Shown here: positions 26,095 to 38,224 of the stretch, piece by piece
Position numbering within the stretch: the stretch's first letter is position 1
Layout of the letters: each line of letters opens with the position of its first letter
Source of the DNA: Octopus vulgaris
Lineage: Eukaryota
Direction of reading: 5' to 3'
Length of the DNA stretch: 64,000 nt
Assembly (NCBI GenBank): GCA_951406725.2
Contig: OX597832.1
Span: forward strand, 49,972,001 to 50,036,000
The notes under the pieces: generated by a model
Told to the model about the DNA's origin: nothing
Database searches by the model: none
Seen by the model: only the letters and a program-made list of their open reading frames with translations
Position numbers and translations under genes: made by a program

Positions 26095-26496
26095 TTAATG
26101 GATAGGGTATTCAGCTAACGATTGTAAGGTCGTTAGCTCAATTCTTAGCGGTGCTTTGTGTCAATGAGCGAGACACTTTATTTCATGTTGCTCCAGTCCA
26201 CTCAGCTGGTAAAAGCAAGTTGTTTCGGTTATTCAAAGGGGCCAGACTTTGTCACATTCTGTGTCATGCTGAATCTCACTGATAACTATGTGAAGGGTAC
26301 ATGTGTCTTTGGAGTGCACATTAATTTCATGAGCAGTTGATCGGATCAACTAGAACCCTCACTGCCATAATCAATGGAGCATCATCATAACCAATTGTCT
26401 TGATATTCCCTGAAGGAAGGCCTTTCTCTCACAGATATTGTCATCAATGTTTCCGTAACTTTTTGCCAAAACACTCATTCTTCACTTCAACTTCAT

Positions 26497-26940
26497 TCAT
26501 CATCATCATCATCATTTAGCGTCCGCTTTCCATGCTAGCATGGGTTGGACGGTTCAGCTGGGGTCTGGGAAGCCATAAGGCTGCACCAGGCCCAGTCTGA
26601 TCTGGCAATGTTTCTACGGCTGGATGCCCTTCCTAATGCCAACCACTCCGTGAGTGTAGTGGGTGACTTTTACGTGCCACCGGTACAGGTGCCAGACGGG
26701 GCTGGCAAACGGCCATGGTTGGATGGTGCTTTTTACGTGCCACCGGCACGGGGGCCAGGCGAGGCTGGCAAACGGCCATGGTCGGATGGTGCTTTTTACG
26801 TGCCAATGGCACGGGGGCCAGGCGAGGCTGGCAATGACCACGATTGGATGGTGCTTTTTACGTGCCAATGGCACGGGGGCCAGGCGAGGCTGGCAAATGG
26901 CCACGGTTAGATGGTGCTTTTTACGTGACACCGGCACGGG
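26497..26940 (-). mobile_element. SINE family C ((GAT)n tail) with internal 63-bp tandem array
   Basis: Units start at 26663, 26726, 26789, 26851 and 26914; family motif ggcgttaggaagggcatccagc. Confidence 0.85.
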
Positions 26941-27519
26941 ATTTTCGTCTGAAATCTTTCGTTACACATTCTGTTACCTCTGCAGCAATTCTTACACATA
27001 CACACACACACACACACACAAAATTGGCTTCTTTGAATTTTCTCTCAACCAAATCCACTTACAAGGCTTTGGTTAACCTGGAGGCCACAGTAGAAGACAC
27101 TTGTCCAAGTCATCACAAAATGGGATTGAACTTGAAAGCACATAGCTGCAAAGTAAACTTCTTAACATTACAACCATGCCTGTGCCTACAACAAGCATTT
27201 AATAACACCCTCCACCATGCACAAACCAAAGAATGCAGTCCAAATTTAGTTTCAGATCTATTTTTCCCCCTCTCAGCATTTCCTGCTCTCTCTCTCTCTC
27301 ACTCGTCTCAATTTTATATCTTACATAATACATACACCTTGATAAACCACATGTGTTTTTCATTTGACCTTTGTCAAACTTATACAACAATAAATATAAA
27401 TGGCACATAGGTTGCCATATCAGATATTTCAAAGGCCAGGAACGTTGTGGAGACTTTCATATAAAGCCAAACACTTAACTAAAATGCAGATCGAGTAATA
27501 TTTATATACTCTTACTCTT

Positions 27520-29510
27520 TAATCTTTTACTTGTTTCAGTCATTTGACTGTGGCCATGCTGGAGCACCGCCTTTAGTTGAGCAACTCCCGGGACTTATTC
27601 TTTATAAATCCAGTACTTATTCTATCGGTCTCTTTTGCCAAACCGCTAAGTGATGGAGACATAAACACACCAGCATCGGTTGTCAAGCAATGCTAGGAGG
27701 ACAAACACAAACATACACGCACACACACATATACATATATATACATATATACGACGAGCTTCTTTCAGTTTCCGTCTACCAAATCCACTCACAAGGCTTT
27801 GGTCGGCCCGAGGCTATAGTAGAAGACATTTGCCCAAGGTGCCACGCAGTGGGACTGAACCTGGAACCATGTGGTTGGTAAACAAGCTACATACCACACA
27901 GCCAAATTTAAATAGACACTGACACAAGAAATGAGCAACCTCGGGCAAGTGCCTTCTACAATAGCCCCTGGCCAACTAATGCCATGTGAACGACTTTGGT
28001 AGAAGAAAACTGTGTGGAAGCCCATATATACATATATGTGTGAGTCATTTGACTGTGGCCATGCTGGAGCACCACTTTTAGTTGAGCAAATTGACACCAG
28101 GACTTATTCTTTGTAAGCCTAGTAAGTATTCTATCGGTCTCTTTTGCTGAACCGCTAAGTTACGGGGATGTAAACACACCAGCATCGGTTGTCGAGCGAT
28201 GTTGGGGGGACAAACACAGAATACAAACACACGCACACACACACACATATACGAAGGGCTTCTTTAAGTTTCCGTCAACCAAATCCACTCACAAGGTTTC
28301 GGTCAGCCCGAGGCTATAGTAGAAGACACTTGCCCAAGGTGCCACGCAGTGGGACTGAACCCGGAACCATGTGGTTGGTAAGCAAGCTACTTACCACACA
28401 GCCACTCCTACGCCTATATAATAATGAATATTTCCCAAACTCATCATATCCATGTTTATGTGCATGGATATTTGGAAAAAACAGAAGTAATGTTGGGAGC
28501 AAAGCAGCCTGGCTTCATAAGCAGAATATTATGGATGCAGTTGCAGCCATGATAAGACATGGAATTCAAACTCACCTCCCAAGCTAAGACACACTAATCT
28601 TGTCTCAGCCTGTCAACTTAATAAAGTAAAAGTAATTACTTTTGTTCATGGATGAGTGGTTTAGCTGTAGCAGAAGGTATATCATGTATAAAAAACAGGA
28701 TTCAATTTAATACTGCCAACAATTCATATACAAATATATAGGCGCAGGAGTGGCTGTGTGGTAAGTAGCTTGCTAACCAACCACATGGTTCTGGGGTTCG
28801 GTCCCACTGTGTGGCATCTTGGGCAAGTGTCTTCTGCTATAGCCCCGGGCCGACCAATGCCTTGTGAGTGGATTTGGTAGATGGAAACTGAAAGAAGCCT
28901 GTTGTATATATGTATATATATATGTGTGTGTGTGTGTGTGTTTGTGTGTCTGTGTTTGTCCCCCTAGCATTGCTTGACAACCGATGCTGGTGTGTTTACG
29001 TCCCCGTCACTTAGCGGTTCGGCAAAAGAGACTGATAGAATAAGTACTGGGCTTACAAAGAATAAGTCCCGGGGTCGAGTTGCTCGATTAAAGGCGGTGC
29101 TCCAGCATGGCCACAGTCAAATGACTGAAACAAGTAAAAGAAAAAAAAAAGGATTTTCTTTTTTAGATGCAGGCGTGGCTGTGTGGTAAGAAGTTTGCTT
29201 TCCAACCACCTGGTTCTGAGTTCAGTCCCACTGCATGGTGCTTTGGGCAAGTGTGTTTGGTTGATGGAAACTGAGAGAAGCCCATCGAATATTTATGTCT
29301 ACGTGTGTCTCTGTGCCTGTGTTTGTCCCCACTGCCATCGCTACCATTTGGTTTGTTTATGTCTGTGCAACTTAACAGTTCAGCAAAAGAGACTGACAGA
29401 ATAAGTAACCAGGCTTAAAAAAAAATTAAAAATTACAAGCACTGAGGTGCTAAAATTCTTCAAGATGGTGCCCCAGCATGACCGCAGTCTAATGACTGAA
29501 ACAAGTGTAA
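27520..29510. mobile_element. Cluster of SINE-A copies in both orientations
   Basis: Minus: ~27520-27905 and 28043-28415. Plus: 28740-29140 and variant 29170-29510. Confidence 0.85.
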
Positions 29511-29740
29511 AAGATGAAAGCTAAAAGATTATGAAACATGGCTACGTGGTAAGAAGCTTGCTTCCTAACTACATGGTTCTGGGTTAAGTCCCACTGCGTG
29601 GCATCTTGGGCAAGTTTCTTCTACTCTGCTATAGCCTTGGGCCAACCAAAGCTTTGAGAGTGAATATAGCAGACAGAAACTGAAAGAAGCCCATCGTAAT
29701 TATCGTTTAACATCTATCTTCCATGCAAGCATATATATAT

Positions 29741-30489
29741 CATCATCATCATCATCATCATTTAACGTCCACTTTCCATGCTAGCATGGGTTGGACGGTT
29801 CAACTGGGGTCTGGGGAGCCCGAAGGCTGCACCAGGCCAGTCAGATCTGGCAGTGTTTCTACAGCTGGATGCCCTTCCTAACGCCAACCACTCCGAGAGT
29901 GTAGTGGGTGATTTTATGTGCCACCAACACAGGTGCCAGACGAGGCTGGCAAACAGCCACGCTCGGATGGTGTTTTTTATGTGCCACCGACACAGGTGCC
30001 AGACGAGGCTGGCGAACGGCCACGATCGGATGGTGTTTGTTACGTGCCCACAGCAAGGAGGCCAGTTGATGCGGTACTGGCTACGGCCACGTTCGGATGG
30101 TTTTCTTGTGTGCCACCGGCACTGGTACCACAAAAATACAAATTCCATTGATGTTCATCTATTTTGATTTGTTTTGATTTGATTTTCACTTGCCTCAACA
30201 GGTCTTCACAAGTGTCACAAGTGGACTGACTACGTCCCAGGTAGGGGCCACGGGTTATGGCCTGACTAGTCTTGCCGGGTCTTCGGATGGTGTTTTTATG
30301 TGCCACCGACACAGGTGCCAGATAAGGCTGGCGAACGGCCACGATCGGATGGTGTTTGTTATGTGCCCACAGCACGGAGGCAAGTCGATGCGGTACTGGC
30401 TACGGCCATGTTCGGATGGTTTTCTTGTGTGCCACCGGCACTGGTACCACAAAGATACAAATTCCATTGATGTTCATCTATTTTGATTT
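29741..30489 (-). mobile_element. SINE-C long variant with subrepeats and ~205-bp duplication
   Basis: 29964-30170 is nearly identical to 30284-30489. Confidence 0.85.
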
Positions 30490-30517
30490 ATATATATATA
30501 TATATACATATATATGT

Positions 30518-30894
30518 ATAAAATACAAAAATGGGACAGGAACGCAAAACATCTTTCAATATGTGACCTCATGAGTACCGCTGCCGATTTTTTTCCCTCC
30601 GTCTTCCCTTCTCGGGATCTTTCCTTCTCCTATGTTTCCGACGAAGAGCTCCGCTTGAAATGTTAAACCCTCCTTCTTCCCTAAGCGTCCAATAATACTT
30701 TATTTGTTCCACGTCCTCCTCGTTTTTTTGTGTTTTCTTGTTTGGATTAACTTTATATACATATATATATATATAACCAGCTGAAATTGCAAAGATAATC
30801 TGGAACTCGACTGAGGATAGAAAACTCCGAATGACCTGTCCTTGTTTTCCTTGTATCCTCTGTCTGGATGTTTTGCGTTCCTGTCCCATTTTTG

Positions 30895-30902
<8 letters not shown>
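30518..30902. mobile_element. Penelope-like composite with terminal ~36-bp inverted repeat and hammerhead-like core
   Basis: taaaatacaaaaatgggacaggaacgcaaaacatc (30518-30553) vs its reverse complement (~30867-30901). Core GTTT-CCGACGA-AGAGCTCCGCTT-GAAATGTT-AAAC at 30634-30668. Confidence 0.6.
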
Positions 30903-30934
<32 letters not shown>

Positions 30935-31569
30935 CTAATGTAGGGTATGAGTAAGTATTTCATTTATGTCTTACATATTTATCGGTGACGAGGGGAAAAT
31001 TCTTATGAATTAACCCCGAAATTGGGACCAATACGGTAATAACGCAAATTTTTTTAGAAATTTCTATTGGCTTGTTTCGAGACACATAAATTATAATGGT
31101 TATTGACAATTTTGTCTTTTTTCAGCATAAGAATAAGTACCAGAGAATTAAAAAAAACCCCCACTAATCACTGGGGTCGATTCATTCAACTAATATTCTT
31201 CAAGACGATGCCCCAGCATGGTCAGAGTCCAATGACTGCGACAAGTAAAAAAGCCAAGAGATAAAAGATTACGAATAACTGTCACTGAAATAATAATAAT
31301 AAAATGCAAAATAGGCACAAGGTATTTTCACAACAGAAGTAAATCGGCCAAGATAATATAGGTCAGCTAAAAAAAAAGAGAATAAAGTCAGAACGATAAA
31401 AATTCTAAAATTTTCAACTCTCCTACTCTCAAACAATTTTTTTAAAAAACCTTTTATAGCTGTTATTGTTATTGTTGCTGTTGCTGCTGTCTCATGTAAA
31501 CATGCCAGTGTCTCTCTCTTATCTGAAACAGGAGCATTACGTATATTCTTACAATGTTTAAAACATGTC

Positions 31570-31921
31570 TATGTATATTATATATACATACATATACACA
31601 TATACAAGTATATATACATACATATACAAGTATATGTACATATACAAGTATATGTACATATACAAATTTATATATATATACATACACACATATACAAGTA
31701 TATATACATACATATACAAGTATATGTACATATACAAATATATATATATATATACATACACACATATACAAGTATATATACATACATATACATGTATATG
31801 TACATATACAAATATATATATATATATACATACACACATATACAAGTATATATACATACATATACATGTATATGTACATATACAAATATATATACACATA
31901 CATATATATATATATATATAT

Positions 31922-31964
<43 letters not shown>

Positions 31965-31975
31965 TACAAAGACAT
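31570..31975. repeat. Compound TA/CA minisatellite (atatacaagtatat units)
   Basis: Direct reading. Confidence 0.9.
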
Positions 31976-32870
31976 ACATATTTGTGAAACACTGCAGAAA
32001 ATGTCACAGATTACCACCTTATCGTGCTTCCAGACAGCATCTGTAAATGCTTTGAAAAGATAATAAACTGAACCGAATTTGCATCTCGACTCAAAAAAAA
32101 AAAAACAGATATTAAATAATACAGCTGTTGTTAGAGGAGAACAAGAATAGTGATGAATGAATCACTGGATTTATCAACTCGAAATGGTTACTTAGGAAAC
32201 GACAAGGGTAAAACCACCCTACAAGAAACATAAAAAAACCCCTCTGTAATGAAAAACGTAGAGTCATGGTGATAAGGACCACTACAAGCGCCATCACCAA
32301 GTGTTCTTGAGCAAACAAAAGAAAGAATACGTAATGAGATGGAAGAAGGGTTTTCCAAACACATGAGTTGTGTGGTTAAGAGGTTCACTGTTAGGCAACC
32401 ATGTCGTTTTGGGTTCAATATTACTGAACTGCAGCTTGGACAAATGTCTTCGACCGTAGCAGCCCTGGGTCAACCAAAACCTTGTGAGTGAATTTGGTAG
32501 ACAGAAACTGTGTAGTAGCCCATCAGATAACTATATAATATATGGGTAAAGTCCTCCCTTTGGTCATGATTGACCATGGGATTGCATATATATATCATCA
32601 TCATCATTTAGCGTCCGCTTTCCATGCTAGCATAGGTTGGACGGTTCAACTGGGGTCTGGGAAGCCAGAAGGCTGCACCAGGCCCAGTCTGATCTGGCAA
32701 TGTTTCTACAGCTGGATGCTCTTCCTAACGCCAACCACTCCGTGTGTGTAGCAGGTGCTTTTTACGTGCCACCGGCACAGGGGCCAGGCAAGGCTGGCAA
32801 CGGCCATGATCGGATGGTGCTTTTTATGTGCCACCGGCACGGAGGCCCGTATATATATATGGTGTGTATG

Positions 32871-33148
32871 GAGGCGCAATGGCCTAGTGGTTAGGATCAC
32901 AGTTTTGATTCCCAGAATGGGCGTTGTGAGTGTTTATTGAGCGAAAACGCCTAAAGCTCCATGAGGCTTCAGCAGGGGGTGGTGACGATCCCTGGTGTAC
33001 TCTTTTGCCGCAACCTTCTCTCACTCTGTCTTCTGTTGGCCTGCTCAGTTAGCCAGTGGGGTGGCGTCATTTGAAGGCTAAAACAATGCGAAGCGCATTG
33101 TGACCAGCGATATGTAGCAACATCTGATAGCCTGGTCGGTCACGTGAT
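32871..33148 (+). mobile_element. tRNA-derived SINE family E
   Basis: gaggcgcaatggcctagtggttagg head; a more complete minus copy lies at 49097-49405. Confidence 0.8.
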
Positions 33149-33902
33149 ACATATATATATATAAATATAGAGATAAACATGTGTTTATGTATGTATAAGA
33201 TATATATGTATATATTATATATAAATGCATGCCTGTATGTGTCTTTGAGTCAAGTGTTTGTTTGCATTCACAGCTTGACAAACCAGTGTTGTTTTGTTTA
33301 TGGCCCCTATAACTTAGTGGTCCTGCAATAGAGACCAACAGAATAGACCTGAAAAATAAGTACTGGGGTAGATATGTTTGGCTTAAAAAAACTCTTCTTC
33401 AAGGCAGTACTCCAGCATGGCTGCAGCTCAATGAATGAAACGGGTAAAAGATAGCGAAAAAGAAAAAGAAATGAAGCGGGTATTTATAAAGTATTGGTTT
33501 TTTGGCTGAATAACCACCATGGGATTCTATTGCATCACTCTGTCAATCTGTTGTATCCAGGGAAAAGGCATAAGCCTGTCTCACATAACAGGCAGGAAAC
33601 TAAGTTTACAAAACAAAACAAAAAAAAAAAAAAAACCCCAAGAAAGGATATAAAAAAAATCTCATAACCCCTCAATAACAGAGTGTATTGAATTAAGTGT
33701 ATATTGATGTGTGGTTATGTGGGTTTTTTTTTAGGGAGAATGACTCATTCATATGATGAATAATTTGAGAATAAATCAAACTAAAGGATGGATAGATAAA
33801 AAAAACCCAGAATGATGAAAGGATATCTAACAAACCCTTAATAAAGGGAGAAGTAAATTTAGCCATGATATTTCTACTTTAACCACAACAATTAATTCTT
33901 TT

Positions 33903-34348
33903 ACTCTTTTACTTGTTTCAGTCATTTGACTGCAGCCATGCTGGAGCACCGCCTTTAGTCGAGCAAATCGACCCCGGGACTTATTCTTTTTGTAAGCCTA
34001 GTACTTATTCTATCGGTCTCTTTTGCTGAACCGCTAAGTTATGGGGACATAAACACACCAGCATCAGCTGTCAAGTGATGTTGGAGGTACAAACACAGAC
34101 ACACAAACATACACATACATATATATATACATACATATGACAAGCTTCTTTCAGGCTCCGTCTACCAAATCCACTCGCACACACACATGCATATACATAT
34201 ATACGACGGGCTTCCTTCAGTTTCCGTCTACCAAATCCACTCACAAGGCTTTGGTTGGCCTAAGGCTATAGTAGAAGACACTTGCCCAAGGTACCACACA
34301 GTGGGACTGAACCCAGAACCACGTGGTTGGTAAGCAAGCTACTTACCA
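33903..34348 (-). mobile_element. SINE-A with internal partial duplication
   Basis: ccgtctaccaaatccactc occurs twice (~34158 and ~34224). Confidence 0.85.
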
Positions 34349-35544
34349 CCCAGCCACTCCTACGCCTATTTTCAAAATTAATTAATTAATATTTTTCATT
34401 ATAAAAATATAGTGAAGGCACGTGGCTCAGTGGTTAAGATATTTGGCACACAATCATAAGTTTGTGAGTTCAATTCCTGGCGATATGTTGTGTCCTTGAA
34501 CAAGACACTTTATTTCATGTTGCCCCAGTCCACTTAGCTGGCAGAAATGAGTAGTACCTGTATTTCAAAGGACCAGCCTTGTCACATTCTGTGTCACGCC
34601 GTATCTCCTTGAGAACTACATTAAGGGCATGCGTGTTTGTGGAGTACTCAGCCACTTGCAAGCTAATTTTATGAGAAGGCTCTTGGATCAACTGGAACTC
34701 TCATCGCTGTAACTGACAGAGTGCCTTAAAAATATACGAGGATTTTTTTTAAACATTGAATGACTATGTGGGTCCTCCTGAATAAAATAGGGACCAAAGG
34801 GGCCCACAGACAAAAAAAAAAAAAAAGGAATGGTTGAAAACTGCTGATGTACAGGCTCTCTTATTGGCTCAACCAACCAATCAGATATTCTTACAATATA
34901 TATTAAAAGAAAAAACCAAGCTATCACAGACGATATTTATGTACCCTCAAACCATATCCTGTATTTTTTCCAAATTGTTATAGGGTTTCATATTTTTCGC
35001 CTTTCATAACAAATAACATCTGGAATAGATTAGATCTGTGTGAAAGGTTTCTTCAAATTTACACCCAACAAATACGAGTCAAGAGAGACAGGATATCATA
35101 CAAAATATATGCAATTCAATACCAATTGTTTTCTTTATTCTTGAGAATACTCATGAAGTATGGTTATAATGATGATGATGATAATGCTAAAGCAAAGCAT
35201 CTTAATTGCTTTTCGCTTTAGTACAGTGGTATGGTTAGAGTTTGTGCAGTCTAAGACAGCCCTGCAGCTTACTGTCCCCTCAGACCAAAACAGCCTAAAG
35301 TTTTATACAGGAGACCCAAAAGTACTACCCTGCGTATGCACTACATTACTGTTTTAGCAATGGAAAACAACAACATGGACATAGTGCATTGAGTCAAACC
35401 CAAAATATTACTGGTATGTACTTGCTATGTAAGTAAGGAAAGCAATTAATCCAAGAAGAGGCTTAATGCAGAAATGTGAGACACCCAACTAGATACCAGA
35501 AACTACTGTGCCGTTTGCAAGAATAAGCTATTTCCATTAGCATT

Positions 35545-36089
35545 TATGCCATTGGTGACCAAAGGGTGAATATATCAGGCCGTCGTTCATACGGTACTTC
35601 TCTATGGCTGTGAAACGTGGCCTATGCGGGTGGTCGATCAACGAAGGCTGGAAGTCTTCGACAATGACTGCCTCCGGTGCATTCTTTGCTGCTGTAGGGT
35701 GGATCGAGTCCCCACTGCCAATCTTCGACTTCGCCTGTCTCTGCGGCCCCTTCCATCTGTCCTTCTGCAACGGTGCTTGCGGTGGTTTGGCCATGCATGT
35801 AGGCGTCCAGTGGGTGAACTGAGCAGTGATGTCCTTCTCCCAACTGGCGGAAATGCGCAGGCAGGCAGCTGAAGACCTGCGTTACGACGATCAAGGAGGA
35901 CCTCTCTGTGCTCACGGGACCGCAGGTGGTCGGCCTGTGCCGATGGAACCGTGACTGGCTCGCTATCTCCAGTGAACTGGCGCAGGACCATCGTGCATGG
36001 GCTGCCATGGTTCGAGATGCCTTGAGGGTGGTAGAAGAAGCCGACTCAACCCGCCCAGGGTGAATGTCGCCACAAAGTAGAAGTAAGTA
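35545..36089 (+). mobile_element. RTE-clade LINE 3' end, 5'-truncated
   Basis: LLYGCETWPMRVVDQRRLEVFDNDCLRCIL...LRWFGHACRR...RWNRDWLAISSELAQDHRAWAAMV...STRPG* then an (aagta)n tail. Confidence 0.9.
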
Positions 36090-37499
36090 CATGGGAGTAC
36101 CTGAATTTTATTACCAATCTTCTTCATCTCTCTTGGTCTTTCCAGACCCCCAATTAGTCCAGTACAGAATCATCATCGTCATTTAACAGCTGTTTTCCAT
36201 GCTGGCATGGGTTTGACATGAACTGGCGAGTCCAAAGATTGCACTGAGCTCTGTTGTGGGCTTTGGCACAGTTTCTAAGGCTGGATGCCCTTACTAATGC
36301 CAACCACTTTACAGGGTGTACTGAGTGTTTGGTATGTGGCACCGGCAGTGAGGTTACCAAGTGACTTGTAAGACGAAACCCCTCAGCTGAGATGGAGGCA
36401 CATGGCTTAGTGGTTAGGGTGTTGGATTCAAAGATGTAAGATTGTGGTTTCGATTCCTGGGCCGGGTGATGTGTTGTGTTCTTGAGCAAAACACTTCATT
36501 TTACGTTGCTCCAGGTGACTCAGCTGGCAAAATTGAGTAACGCTGCGATGGATTGGCGTCCTGTCCAGGAGAGGAACATATATAAGCAATGAAGTCTACT
36601 CTGCTGATTGGTTAGTGTTAGGAAGGGCATCCAGCTGTAAAAATCCTGCCAAAACAGTTACAGAAGTCTGGTGCAGGTTTCTGCTTGGTCAGCACTTGTC
36701 AAACTGTCCCACTCATGTCAGCATGGAAGGCGGATGTTAAACGATGATGATGAAGATGAAACCAGGAAACTGGCCCTTATGAGTTAGTATGACTCGAGAA
36801 GGTAACTTTCCCTTTTTTTTTTTAATCTCAACTGAGGTGGGGAGGAGTACCGAGAAACAAAAAAAAAGGTGTCTTTTATTAGAGGGGAAACCTGACCACT
36901 GCAGGTGGAGAGAGAAAGAGAAAGAAGATGGTGAAGAGGAGACCGAGAAGGAGGCGGGGCAGAGCCATTCACCAAAGTTACAGGCAGGTGCAAGTGGGGA
37001 AGTGAACCGAGAGGTGTATAACATGATTAGAATTAAATATTGGTGCAACCTCTGTTTAAGCATTTTATAGGGTTTGATAATCTTGGTAGCACCCACCTGT
37101 TCAAGTTGTAGGTGATGTTGGTTCTCAAGGAATGCATTCACTCTTAATAATAATAATAATAATAATCCTTTCTACTATAGGCACAAGGCCTGAAATTTTG
37201 TGGGAGGGGACTAGTCGATTACATTGATCCCCAGTACTCAATTGGTACTTAATTTACTGACCCTGTAAAAAGGGCAAGTCAACTTCAGCAGAATTTGAAC
37301 TCAGAAATATGAAGACAGATGAAATGCTGTTAAGCATTTTGCCTGGTGTGCTAACGATTCTGCCAGTTTGAATGGTTTAAATTTTCGCACAAGGCCAGTA
37401 ATTTTGAGGGAGGGAGTAAGTTGATTACATCGACCCCCACAGCTCAACTGATACTTATTTCATTGACCTTGAAAGACAAAGCCGACCTTGCTGCCTTAA

Positions 37500-37721
37500 C
37501 CCTTTAGTGTTCGGATTATTCTGCCAAAATTAATCCTTTTTTATCCTCATTGTTTTGAACTAATCATGCATTATCTTGTAGCTATGAGATTTTGATGAGG
37601 TAACTGTGAATGTTTTAGAATGACATTGTAGGGTTGGTGTGAGAGACCAGATCTGGCCAGTTTGAACATAAAACAGGCAGAATACTTTTGGCCGGATATG
37701 GCCAGTTTAAATGCTAAAGGG
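37500..37721. mobile_element. piggyBac-type MITE, second family
   Basis: TTAA|CCCTTTAG ... CTAAAGGG|TTAA. Confidence 0.8.
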
Positions 37722-38224
37722 TTAAATGGTTTCAAATTTTGGCACATGGCAAACAATTTCAGGGAAAGGCACAAGTCAATTACATTGGCTCCAGGGTTCA
37801 ACTGGTACTTATGTTTATTGACCCCGAAAAGATGAAAGGCAAAGTTGAACTCAGAATGTAAAGTCCGAAGAAATGCCACTTAGCATTTAACCCAACATGA
37901 AATGACAGTTTCAAATTTTGGCACAAGGCCAGCAATTTCAGAGAAATGGGTGAGTTAATTACATTGGTGGTGAGCTGGCAGAAACGTTAGCAAACTGGGC
38001 GAAAAGCTTAGCAGTATTTCATCTGTCTTTACATTCTGAGTTCAAATTCCGTACTTCTTCCCTGGAGCATTATCCCTCTGGAATCCTTCTCCACCCTGCT
38101 AATGTTTTTCAGGTAAGCATCAACATTAATGACACTGATCTCATCAGTCTTAGAAGGTCTATGAAAGTCATCACCTTTTCCTGACTATTTACTATAAAAT
38201 ATTCAGATTTCCAGTGATTACCTT

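Noticed and set aside
26663-26940. CRISPR-like regular repeat
   Set aside because: Whole-unit tandem repeat without unique spacers, in a eukaryotic context with no cas genes.
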